This document shows, piece by piece, positions 51,990 through 64,000 of a stretch of 64,000 bases of DNA. A model generated the notes under the pieces. The model was given only the letters and a program-made list of their open reading frames with translations, had not been told where the DNA came from and made no database searches. The DNA lies in the NCBI RefSeq assembly GCF_026571515.1, contig NW_026858374.1:1-64000 (forward strand), in the 5' to 3' direction. Made by a program: the position numbers and the translations under genes. Source of the DNA: Ruditapes philippinarum (Eukaryota). The stretch's first letter is position 1; the number at the start of each line of letters is the position of its first letter.

Positions 51990-53296
51990 TTCTAGAAAGG
52001 GTGGTCGCTTTTATTGCCTTAATGTTGATTTCCGCAAAACATTTGATAAAATTAAGCATTCTAAGCTGTTTGAAGCTCTAGAAAGAAAATGTTTACATGG
52101 TAATTTCTTAATAAATATTACAATCTATGTATCTTGTGTCAAATTATCAAATAGAACATCAGGTTACTTCCCTTGTAATATTGGTACCAGACAAGGGGAC
52201 AAAACAAGTTATACAATTTTGTCATTATCTATTGAAGTATTATCCCTCATGTTGAGACAAAATTGTCATACCGATATTTTTTATAACAAATGAAATCCCT
52301 GACATACTATGTCTTTTGTTTGCAATTGTGCCGAAACTTCTTCAAAGTTACAACAGCAAATAAATATTGTTGAACAATTATATAATAATACTGGTATGGA
52401 TGTTAATCTTGATAAGACTGAAATTGTTGTTTTCCGAAATGGTGGTCCCCTTAGAAGGTATGAAAAATGGTTTTATGGAGACTACGCTATAAATACCGCT
52501 TCACATTATAAGTACATGGGATTATTATTTACTCCAAAATTATCTTGGAATAAGGCACATGAAAAATGAGCTTGTCAAGCTCAAAGAGCACTTAATGTTA
52601 TACACCATTTTCAGAAACCATTTTAAGGATTTTTGCAAGAAGGTTCAAACCAAGTTTTATGTTACGGTTCCGAAGTATGGGGATATCAATATAGTTCCAA
52701 AATTGAATCTATACATCAATTTTGTAGAAAACTTTTATATGTACGTCATACTACAAATACATGTATGGTGTTAGGAGAATGTGGACGTCTACTTATATGC
52801 ATTACGTATAACACAAATTGTATATGTTACTGGTTTAAGTTACTACAAATGCCTCACGGATACCCAAAATAATGCTACTTAATGTTATATGCTCTTGACA
52901 ATGCAGAAATTGCTGGGCAACAAATGTTAAATTTCTTTTATTCAAATACTGATTTGGATATGCATGGATATCACAAACTGTTTGTAATTGTTAAGAAACA
53001 GATTGATAGATTGTTCTACTCAGAACTAGAGATAGGCAGACATTTAAATATTTCATACAATGATCGTTTATGTACTTTTTGCTTAGAAAGGAACATTAGA
53101 TGTATAGACTGTGAATATCATGCATTTTTCCATTGTTATAGATATACCGATATTAGAAATTTATATCTATTTAGCTGGTATAATTCTGGAACAAGTGTGG
53201 AAAACTTCTATAATTTATTATCAACTTGTAATGATGAAACTCTTCGAAAATTATCTACATATATTTATCATCTTATGGAATGCATTAAAAGTAAAT
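51990..53296 (+). mobile_element. Decayed non-LTR retrotransposon (CR1/L2-group-like) ORF2: RT plus C-terminal Cys/His region
   Basis: Fragments VDFRKTFDKI, GTRQGD, GMDVNLDKTEIVVFRNGG, YKYMG, YGSEVWG, VLGECGR and LEIGR...RLCTFC...EYHAFFHC lie in shifting frames with stops. Confidence 0.88.
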
Positions 53297-54235
53297 AGAC
53301 AATGTCATAAATACTGCTGTTATATTGAAGTTTATAGACAATGTCATAAATACTGCTATTATATTGATGTTGAATAGACAATGTCATAGGTATTACTATT
53401 ATATTGAAGTTAGTAGAAAATATCATAAATAGAGGATGTTGAGTGAGTGTTACTTCAGTACTGAATTCATTGCACGAGTTGAATAGAATTATATTATGCG
53501 AGCCTCTGGCAAGCATAATATTATTTTGTTCAACGAGTTCGGTGAATTCAGTAATGAACTTACATGAATTTAATTATCTATTTATTGCATACCCAAAATG
53601 AAGACCGTTTAAAGTGGAAAGTGTCGTTTACGTTGACGCGCCTGTGGTGTAATGCTAACATTTAGCTATGTTTGTATAACGGTAATGACGTCACGTCGAA
53701 ATATATGCACGGCCGTGCGGTGCGGTGCCATTTTTGCAGAGTCGCAAAGTGGGCACGGGTGTGTGATAAATACTGCTATTATATTGTTAGTAGACAATGT
53801 CATAATACTGTTATTATATTGCAGTTAATGGACAATGTCATAGATACTGCTATTTTATTGAAGTTAATGGACAATGTCATAGATTCTGCTATTTTATTGA
53901 AGTTATTAAACAATGTCATAAATACTTCTATTTTATTGAAGTTATTAGACAATGTCATGAATACTGCTGTTATATTGAAGTTAGTTGATAATGTCATAAA
54001 TACTGCTTTTATATTAAAGTTAATAAAGACAGTGCCATGGATGCTTTTATAATGTTGAAGTTAATAGGCAATTTCATAAATACTGCTATTATATTGATGT
54101 AAAAAGACAATGTCATAAATACTGCTATTGTTTTAAAATTAAAAGACAATGTCATAAATACTGCTATTATATTGCCCTAAAAAGACAATGTCATAAATAC
54201 TGCTATTGTAATGAAGTTAATAGAGAATGTCATAA
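53294..54235. repeat. ~39-41-bp minisatellite beginning at the LINE stop, split by an insertion
   Basis: Unit agacaatgtcataaatactgctattatattgaagttaat; ~3.5 copies at 53294-53430 and ~12 at 53765-54235. Confidence 0.9.
53428..53768. mobile_element. Hairpin-containing MITE/Helentron-like insertion inside the minisatellite
   Basis: Imperfect ~120-nt palindrome tactgaattca..cgagttgaatag...atattatgc/gcataatat...ttcaacgagttc..tgaattcagta; the minisatellite resumes in register after it. Confidence 0.7.
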
Positions 54236-54337
54236 TTGTACAAAAATCGCCCTTACAAAACTGTGCGCAGTAAACTTCGTGATTTCAACATTAGCGGAAA
54301 ATTGTATAATTTGTTGAATAATTTAATTTCTAGTTAA

Positions 54338-56622
54338 ACTAGAACTGCCACTGTCGTGTCGTGAATACCCCCGCATACCACTTTGTTAGAATCAACAGTG
54401 GCCATCTAGAGCTCAAAGACAACCTCCTTGCAAATCCTGAGGTTACTAAGCCAGTGCATTGCTAAATTATCTACGAGGGTTGTCCAAAAAATTCGTGCAC
54501 TGCAGTTGTTGTCGTGTGAGTTATTGATAGAAAAACATGAATTATATATCACTTGAAGGGGAGATATATCTTAAATTAGAAAACAAAAGGAAAAAAACAT
54601 GTAACCGGCATGTCCTGAAAACCAATCGTCATACAGTTACCTTGATAACGTAATACCGGCGCACGACAAAAAATTGGGTTAGTTCATTACTTTGATGCAT
54701 CACGGTATTCTTTAAACACTACATATTAACGTTAAAATTCAGAGAAAAGTGTGTGTACGTATCCCTAAAGTCACTAGAAAATATAGAGTCATTTCCCCTT
54801 TTATAACAGTCGTAAACAAACATTTGTGAGTGGTCGCCAATACTGTAATTACTTGAAAATGTCAGTCGCTAAACGTCTGGAAATACGGACGATTATTAAA
54901 TTTGGTACAAATATTGGTAAAACACCAACAGATACCTACAAAGAACTTAAAAGGGCAAGCGGGACAGGTTCAGTGTCACGAAGGCTGGTTTTTAAATGGC
55001 ACAAACGCTCTGTGGAAGAGAAAGAGAGTCGGTAGACGATGACAACCGGTCAGGCAGACGTCCGTCCGTAATTCCGGCGCATGTGACGAGGGTTATCCAA
55101 TATATTCCTGCACTGGTGGAATATGTTACATGTACGTTGCTTAAGAACAATAAAAACTACACAATACTTTGCATCAATCATTCCTCTATTGACAGTAAAA
55201 CAACATAAAAAGCAAATACCACTTTACAAGCAACAAACAATTAATTCAATGAACTAACCCAATTTTTTGTCGTGCGCCAGTATTACGTTACTAAGGTAAT
55301 CCAATGACCATTCTTTTACACGACACGCCGGTTACTTGACTTTTTCTTTTATTTTCTTATTTGATTTCTTTTTCAAGTGATATATGATTTATTTGTTTTT
55401 ATTAATAACTCTCTCGACAATAATTGCAGTGCACGAATTTTTTGACCACCCTCGTATTCTACATGTTTCAAATGTAAAAATGTCAAATTCAGTACACTAC
55501 AGACAATCATTCTTAAGCCTTTGAGCAGACAAGCTTATTATAGTAAAATCCCTGTGACCTTGATCTTGGACACAGTCACCTAAAAGTCAACAGGAGTCAT
55601 CTACTAGTCATAAACAATCTAAGCACCAAATATGAAGACTGTTGACCAAAGCATTCTTAAGAAATTGAGCGGACAAGCTTCAAGCTTTTTCTAGTCAAGG
55701 TCCCTGTGACCTTGACCTTTGACCAAGTGACTTCAAAATCAATAGAGGTCATCTAATGGTCAAGATCAACCTCCATGCCAAATATGAAGACTGTGAGTCA
55801 AAGGATTCTTAAGTTATTGGGCGGACAAACTTGTTTAAGTCAAAGTCTCTGTCACCTTGACCTTTGACCTAGTGACATCAAAATCAATGGGGGTCATCTA
55901 CTTACCATGACTATCCTCCATGCCAAATATGAAGACTATGGGTCAAAGGAATCTTAAGTTATTGGGCGGACACGTTTTTTTAGTCAAGGCCCCTTTGACC
56001 TTTACCTTTAATCCAGTGACCTAAAAAAAAATGGTGTCATCAATTAATCATGGCAGACCTCCATGCCAAATATGAAGACTGCAGGTCAAAGGAATGAATC
56101 TTAGGTTATTGGGCGGACAAGTTTTTTGAAGTCAAGGCCACTTTTACCTTGACCTTTGACCTGGTGACTTCAAAATCTAAATGAATAATCTACGTATCAT
56201 AACCAATCTAAATACTAAATATCAAGACTGTAGGTCAAAGGAATCTTAAGTTATTGGGCGGACAAGCTTTTTGAAGTCAACGCCCCTGTGACCTTGACCT
56301 TTGACCCGTTGACATAAAAATCTAAAGGTGTCATCTACTTATCATAACCAATGTAAATATCAAATATCAAGACTCTGGGTCAAAGAAATCTTAAGTTATT
56401 GGGCGGACAGCTTTATGAAGTCAATGCCCTTGTGGCTTTGACCTTTAATCCAGTGACCCCAAAATCAATAGGGATCATTTACTATTCATGACCAATCTAA
56501 ATGCCAAATATGCCAAGTTATTGGACAAGGAAAAACCGCCGGACGGCCGGACGGGAGACGGCCGAAAGTACAAGCTGATTCTAGTATTACCTCATTACAA
56601 CTTCGTTGTGCGGGATAATAAT
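54338..56622 (+). mobile_element. Helentron/HINE-like non-autonomous element carrying ~7 copies of a ~145-150-bp satellite (55500-56520)
   Basis: Starts aaactagaa with a subterminal ccccgca; tandem units with gtgaccttgacctttgacc / aaatatgaagactg; then a GGAC-type microsatellite, hairpin acaac-ttc-gttgt and the complementary tgcggga at the 3' end. Confidence 0.75.
54474..55454 (+). mobile_element. Internally deleted Tc1/mariner element with long (~225-bp) TIRs and a transposase N-terminal remnant (54859-55075)
   Basis: TA|CGAGGGTTGTCCAAAAAATTCGTGCACTGCA ... TGCAGTGCACGAATTTTTTGACCACCCTCG|TA. Peptide RLEIRTIIKFGTNIGKTPTDTYKEL...VSRRLVFKWHKR[frameshift]GRESVDDDNRSGR is a mariner HTH region. Confidence 0.92.
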
Positions 56623-59600
56623 TGTAGAAATTCTTACTTTCCCGCCATTTGAATAATCATAAAATCTTCCACAGCTGCATGCTTCTTTTTAAAGAAATAA
56701 ACATGTTATATCAGGGGTCTATTGCAAATCATAGTAGCCGAGGAATTCAGGTGTTTCCCTGCTCCTCCCAGTAGTTAGATAATATTTCGGTACTCAATGT
56801 TATCGGCAAGGACAAAAACTAGGGTTGATCGGTATTTGTCTATAATCACGTGAGTTAAAATCGATAGATAAATCTTTTAATGTAGTTTCTACTTGTATTT
56901 AATGAGATAAGATAGACGACAAAAGGACCTGACGTTTTTATTAATATACACATAGAATTTGATGATTCTTTAGGAATACTGCGTATTTGCGCCGTTTTTT
57001 GTTGTTGCTTTTTTGTTTTGGTTTGTTTAATTGTTTGTTTGATTTATTTTTTGTATTTTCTTCGTACAGAAAATATGATAATAACCAAAACATGAATGCA
57101 ACATAGAAAATGCAATAAGGAGATGAATATTCAGTATAAGGAGATAGAAGAAATTTAAAAAAGTAAGTAACTTTGTTTTACCTGCTCATTTGGGATAATC
57201 TGCATTATCTATTTGTATTTGTCAAGCTTTGCAATTGTTTAAACTTTCTTGTTTGTTTAAGAAATATATTTAAATAAAACAGCTGCAAAAAGATAATTTA
57301 TATATATATTTGTATCTTTTGATAGGCGTGTAATCTTTATATCACGTCTCTAGAAACATTCTACTTTATGGTTTGAATTAAAGGTTGAAGACTTTCTGTC
57401 AAAACAAAAACAACAACAATAATCTTTATTTGTAAATAAACTCTCAAAAAAGTCACATACAAGCGTTCATGATACATGTATATACATAAGTAAATTACTA
57501 ATTAAGATGGCGTGAGTGCACGTATTGTTTTTATTCTATTATTACATGTAATAGTAAACATTCAATATAATTTCACTGAATGTGGATAATCACAACATAC
57601 AGGATCTTTAATAAACAAAAACGTCGTTTGCTTATTTTAGAGAAATAATAGTAAGAAATAATTAATTAATGTATATAATAAATAATACTTCCGATAAATA
57701 CGAATGTTGAAACATATTCATCAACTGAAAAATATGTTAATTTGATAAAATACTTGGCCGACGAAAAAACAAATTTCAATGGAAGACTTCACAAGTATAT
57801 TGGAATTGTCTTCAAATATTAAACTAAATTATTTACAATTATGAGACAGCTTTTATCCTTAAAGGATTTGTAAATACATATCTAAAATTGTGTAGGCCAT
57901 GTACAAAACCTATAAGAAAGGAAAAAAAACTTGTCACATAATTGCACATTACTACGGTCAATAATCAATTAAAAGACAATGTCAAAGATACTTATTCGAG
58001 ATACGAATTAGGGTAAATGCTGGATCGAAAGGTTCCTGAATAATTCAAATCAATTCTTGTGCCTTTTTACTAAAAATTCCCACTCGACCGATAAAGATTA
58101 CGTTTTATTAAGCGTGATAAAAAATCTTACAGATAAGCTCATTTAATATATAATACATGATCTGAATCGGTAACACCAAGGCGGCGAACCCGAAATAGCT
58201 GCTGTAAATTATGGCGTTTTATGATGAGCTTACGTTATTATTATCAAAACTGTTTTGAAGCAATACAATATAACACTAACTCTAAGTGTTCCTGTGTCTT
58301 TCAATTTGCTTGGTCGCTTTAGAATTTTTAAAACAGTATCATATATTGTGCATTATAATTCCTAATTTAGTCATAAGGACGATAGACAATTGTCAAACTA
58401 GGGCCAGTCATTCGGCATACATACAAGTATTTTTATGTAAGAGTCGTGCATTTTATCATCCTGTCATACATTTCATATTAATTAAATGTCTTTAAGTTTT
58501 ATCTGTTTAAGTACCGCTAGGAAACGAAAAGTTATTTATATCGACATATTTGCAACACGAAGCATTTAAAACATGGGTGTTATGTACATATTGAGCAATA
58601 GTTGGCATTAGCTTTTAGGATTTTTATTTCGTTCCAGCATGAAGTATCTAAGTTTAGAAATATGAATTAATAGATATGTTTTTATAAACTTCAGTTAAGA
58701 AGAAATGTATTGGGATATTGCACAGGTTTAAGTGCGTAAATGGTATATTCTTTTAATTATAAATATTTATGTGCAAAAACAAAACTAAAAGGAACATTGC
58801 CATATTTTCTTAAATAAATATGTTAATGAGACTACTCTTTTTATCTTTTTACTAAATGAAACAGCTTGTCGATATGAACAGGGCAAATGCTACCACAAAT
58901 TATCATGTATAATGCTTCCGCAAAAATCAATGTTGAAATCTATTTACAAAATTTTATGATATAAGATTTTATCTAAATAATATCTGAACGTAATAAATTT
59001 ATCTAAGGACCACTCAACATGTGTCGCGTTTCCGAATAAAAAAGCACGCACTGACATCAAATGCGAACATACATGTTATATGAGATTTTTTTTTTACAAT
59101 TTGTTTTATTTACATATGCTCTATACAAGTCATTTCTTGAGATATTTCATGCCGATAATTCATATAGTCTACGGATAAAGTCGTTTTAGAATTTACGCGT
59201 TATAAAAAGAGGCATTATATAACGACGTTGCCGTTTTTGACGGGTTTATAATGACAGGTTGCAAAATTACGATAATCATGTTAAATGTTTGACAATCTTT
59301 ATCAATTTTTTTGCACTTGTCTATAAGTTATATTCACGTTCTATACATCTTTTAGGATTGCGTAAAAAAAGATATTATGCAAGAGAAAATGCCAAAATTC
59401 TTTTCTATATAGTTTGCAAAATAATATTTTAAGATATTTTTTTACAAACATGTTTGAAAAATAAATTTACTATCATGCCATTGTGCTACTTTCAATTTAG
59501 TTACATGGGCTTTATTTTTGCAAGTAACAACACGATCTGTATAACATGATATCTAAGAACAACGTTAAAATGACTTTAAATGTCAGATGTACAGAGGTCA

Positions 59601-60664
59601 TGCGAGGCTAGAAAAATCATACATCAGATTCCCAGAAATTCCCAGAAATATTGGGTGTTTTATTCGTTCAGTCTTTAGTATTTCTGATGGAAGGTATAAT
59701 GATTGCATTGTGTAGGTAAAGTTTGGAAGTAATATAGATTTTATGACGGAGTCGTCAATAAATTATCAGTTTTCTTATCTTCCATAAATAAATTATTTTT
59801 TTTACAGTTGTCGATTGAATTGTTCGCATTTCTTTCTATTGCTGGAAAATACGACCAAAGTCTTCACTTGTTCGTTCCATGTTATGTAAGTTAATTTTAT
59901 ATTCGCATATTTATTCTCTTATCTAACGAATTCTATCTTATAGTTGAAAAAGCAGAATGTTTTGCGAAAGTCAATAGTTTTAGTTATGCATTTTGTTCGT
60001 CGGTTATTTTTTTCTTCTTTAAATTAAAAGTTTCACTTTTGATTTTTATTCAAATTCCGTTTATGGCAATATTCTCTGGAATCGACCTCTGCAAAATGAT
60101 AAAAAACAATAAAGACTTGAGGTAAGGTAGGAACAAATAAGTCGTGTACTTTTCAAAATTCCAATTTATATAAAAATATGTCAAGAGATGCGATTATGAT
60201 TTGCCGAAAACAATAATTATTGAATTTAGTTAAAGCACATATAGTATTCTTTGAATCTGACAAAAAATAGAAATATCATGTTTAATCAAAGTTCGCAAAT
60301 GGCACTACTTGGTTTAAAATATTTTGTTCCAAGTTCTTTGAAGTGATGACATACAATAAGAAAGTGAAGTTCATTCTAAACTTGTCACATAGTGCATGAT
60401 TTACATATTTGCTCTCTATGAGTGTTATCACATCTACCAGTAGATAAAGCAATTCTGTATTTGCTTTCTTGGACAAAAACTAAATATTTATCTACTTTAA
60501 ACATGTTTGAATATGTTGCATGCATGTAATCTTGGTGAATAACAAGTATAAAATAAAAGATAAAAACAAAATAAAAGAAAAATGTGCTAGCGTGTCAAGA
60601 ACCACTAGTCAGTGACAAAAGCATGGTCTGAAACGGTAATTTCTGGCGTTTTATGTTGAGCTTA

Positions 60665-60675
60665 CATTATTATTA

Positions 60676-60727
<52 letters not shown>
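60665..60727. repeat. (ATT)n microsatellite
   Basis: About 20 ATT units. Confidence 0.95.
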
Positions 60728-61664
60728 CAAAATTGAATAGAAGCAATGGAATATAACACTTGCTTTTAGCATTTCTTGTGTTTTCAATTTGCTTGTTCAC
60801 TTTAGAAATAACGTTTAAAACAGTTTCTTAGTTCGTATATTAACATTCGTAATACTATAAACCAATTTTAAACTAGGACCAGTCATTCGACATTCATACC
60901 GCTATGTTTATGTCAGAGTCGTAAATTTTATCATCCTGTCATGTATTTCATAAGTGATTGATATTTTTTTAATGTTTTCTGTTTAAGAATCGTTAAAAAT
61001 AAAAAAGTCATTGGTACCCATTGCACTACAATGCATTTAAAACATGAGTGTTGTGTACATATTGAGCAATAGTTGGCATTAGTGTTAAGGATTTTTTATT
61101 TCGTTTCAACATAGAGAGTATAAATTAAGAAATATGAATAGATATGTTATAATAAACTTCAGATAAGAAAAATTGTTTTGGGATTTTGTAGAGATATAAA
61201 TGGTATATATTTTTTCAATTATACATGTTTATGTAAAAACACCCAGGAAAGAAAGAACATTGCCATGTAATCGTAAATAAATATGTTAATGATACTATTT
61301 ATTTTTTATCAAATAAAGCAACTTTTCGATATGAACAGGGTGAATACTACAACAAATTATCTTGTATAGAAGAAAAAGGTAAACACTTCGGCACAAATCA
61401 ATGTTAAAATCTATTTACAAAATTTATGTTATAAGGTTATCTTAAAGATATCTACACGTTATAAATTTATCTAAGGACCACGCAACATGTTTCACGTTTC
61501 CGAACATCAAATGTGATTATACATCTTATCTGAGATTTTTTTTTCTGTACGATTTTATTTTCATATGCTCTATACAAGCCAAGACTTGTAAACAAAATCT
61601 TGAAATATTTTATTGCCGATAATCCATGTAGTCTACGGATAAAGTCGTTTTAGAATTTATGCAT

Positions 61665-62100
61665 TAGTGCACTCCCTAATTTTTGAGTTATTTCCCTTTG
61701 TTAATTTTCATACTTTAGTTTTGTCCGGGCCATTTCTCCTAATGTATAAAAGCCATGGACTTGAAACTTCATAGCATGATACATCTCATTAAGAAGGAAT
61801 GCAGTGCACAAGATCCGGTACTCTGCATCTCTTATTTTTTGAGCTATTGACCTTTTTTAATTTTCATACTTCAATTTTGTCCTGGCCATTTCTCATAAAT
61901 TATAAAAGCTATTGACTTGAAACTTCATAGGATGATAGATCTTATTGATAAGACGTGAAGTGCACAGAAACTGCTGCTCTGCATTTTTTATTTTTTGAGT
62001 TATTGCCCTTTGTTAATTTTCATATTTCATTTTTGGCCTGGCCATTTCTCCTAAACTATATTGTTCACAGGGCGACACATCCGACTCGCGGAGTTTTAGG
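61665..62100. mobile_element. Truncated satellite-bearing (~157-bp unit) HINE-like element in the second duplicate copy
   Basis: About 2.5 units of gagttatt.ccctttgttaattttcata...ggccatttctc...gacttgaaacttcatag; absent from copy 1. Confidence 0.7.
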
Positions 62101-64000
62101 GTTTTTTTTGCAATCTGTTTACACAATCTGTGAAATATGGAAACTAAAGTACAACGTTTAAATGACTTCAAATGTCAGTGATATGGAGGTCATTCGGGGC
62201 TTGAAAAGTCATACATCAGATTCCCAGAAATATTCTGTATCTTATTCGTTAAGTTGTCAGTATTTCTGCCGGAAAGTATAATGAGTGCATTAAGTAGGAA
62301 AAGTTTGGAAGTAATAGAGACTTTATGACAGTGGGTCGGTCATAAATAGTAAGTGTTCTTTTCTTTTGTGAATTAATTGAGTTCTTAAAGATTTCAATTT
62401 CGATTTCGAACATATATTGATTGCATACTTTTCTATTGATGAAAAAAGACGGCTAAAACCTACACTTTCCGCTATATTTTATGTTATTAAATGTTATATT
62501 TGTATATTCATTTCTTAATCTAACGTTTCTGTCATCTGCAAATTAAGTTGAAGAACAAATTGGTTTCTGACAGTTGCAATAGTTTTCCATTTTGTTCGCC
62601 ACATTCATCGATAGGCTGTACACGTGAGCATTTTTGGTACTGTTTGATTCTGTTATTCACATAGTTTCGTTTTAGTTTTAACATTTTATTTGTTCAAGTA
62701 ATATATTGGATCTACGCGAACTGCTGAATTCTTCGTAAAATAGTGGGAGTCTTCTTTTTAAGCACGTTAATTAGTTTCTGTGCTGTAAAGCGTTTTTTTA
62801 AAAATAAATACTTCTTTCTTAAATCTTTTTTATTATTATTTCCCAAATTGTTCTTTGGTCAATGTCATGATATTTAAAGTCATCTTGAAAAGAATATATT
62901 CATTACCTTCTTAAAGAGAAATTTTCAGTCTCCATTTACATGGACCACGATGTTTGGAATATTTACTTAAAGACTGGTATCTAAGTGCACATTGTATATT
63001 ATTTATACATGTCTAATATCTAAGCTGAAGATAAGATGTGACGATTTATTTCAATAAGCCAAACATTGAATGTGCCAAAAGATCATTCGCTCACACTTTT
63101 TTTGGATCGCAGTGGATCTCTTGCAATGCGTGACTCTGTTATCTATTTAAAGCATCAACGTTGACATGTTTATTTACCTTAAATAAAGTTAAGTTACCCG
63201 AAATGCTTAAGATATAAATATCAACGCGATATTAGAACTTTTATATCAAGTTTATTTTATACTTGTGAAATAACTAAAAATAATTTTCTAACCATTTTAG
63301 TTAAATAATCATATGCATTTATTCTCTTCAGAACAAAACTAAAATAAAACGCAAGTTAACCCACGTTATGTGGCTTGTTACTCATCATACACCAAGGGGT
63401 ATTTTTAAGTTTATAATTGTCTTAATTTTGAAAGGTTTGCAAGGATCATCGAGGATTGAAAATCCACCAGACGAAGAGCGGCTGTCAGTCACATGAAAAT
63501 CATTAAATATCTGCTCAGGTTCCCAAACACAGTATAAGAAGTCTCTTAGCTCCTGTATTTTCAATTCCCGGCAGCAGGTCGACGGCGGAGGTAATTCAGT
63601 CTGTAGTTGATATCTTGAGTTTGCAGGACATAATTCACATTATTTTCCCTAAAGAGCAAGATAATGATGTACCAGAGGTAGAAGAGGACCTATATTTGGG
63701 TAAAGTTAAGCCAAAGTCCACTGAGATAGTCTAAGCAACAGAAGATAACATTGAAGATCTATTTACCTTCCCTGAGTCATGACAAACATCACCAATTGCA
63801 GGAAGTAATGGTATGACACACGAACAAACCGATGAAAGGAAACTTCTAGTGACAGAAAATTGAAGATTGATTGGCAAAGATCTGACAATTTGCTGACATC
63901 AAAGTGTATGGAGCTAGCTAACGAGATTTATACCGGACCAGAAGTCTATGAACCTGGCATATATAATGCCATGATTGCCAACAATAAGGAAACCTCTCGA

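Larger units (their letters stand above)
58200..62600. repeat. Old direct duplication of ~1.8-2 kb non-coding DNA (58200-60000 vs 60630-62600)
   Basis: Colinear shared blocks such as ggcgttttatg.tgagcttac, gtacatattgagcaatagttggcattag, tagtctacggataaagtcgttttagaattta and catacatcagattcccagaaa. Confidence 0.88.

Noticed and set aside
53294-56520. CRISPR-like appearance of regularly spaced repeats (also 4470-4990)
   Set aside because: Units are contiguous with no unique spacers, there are no cas genes, and the context is eukaryotic: these are mini/satellites.

Overview
AT-rich eukaryotic genomic DNA with spliceosomal introns; the repeat and gene content suggests a bivalve mollusc (inference). 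From left to right: (1) the last four coding exons of a TIF1/TRIM33-like gene (PHD finger plus bromodomain, + strand, 79-12220), with a 10.4-kb MITE-filled intron; (2) a four-copy head-to-tail ~3.4-kb tandem array covering the sequence downstream of that gene (12.7-26.7 kb), possibly partly an assembly artefact; (3) a minus-strand cluster of three intact 3-exon genes plus one pseudogene. These encode an unusual type II membrane protein: cytoplasmic YEN tail, TM helix, TSP1 repeat, and a gC1q head with a variable Cys-bracketed insertion. This is the most interesting system in the window; (4) a nested foldback transposon (29.9-32.8 kb); (5) a 2-exon divergent non-alpha nicotinic-receptor-like Cys-loop channel gene (48.0-49.5 kb); (6) a decayed LINE, a mariner derivative nested in a satellite-bearing Helentron-like element, minisatellites and an old ~2-kb duplication. 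There is one 243-N assembly gap (38070-38312). Exon boundaries were read by hand from GT/AG sites and phase agreement; no database searches were run.
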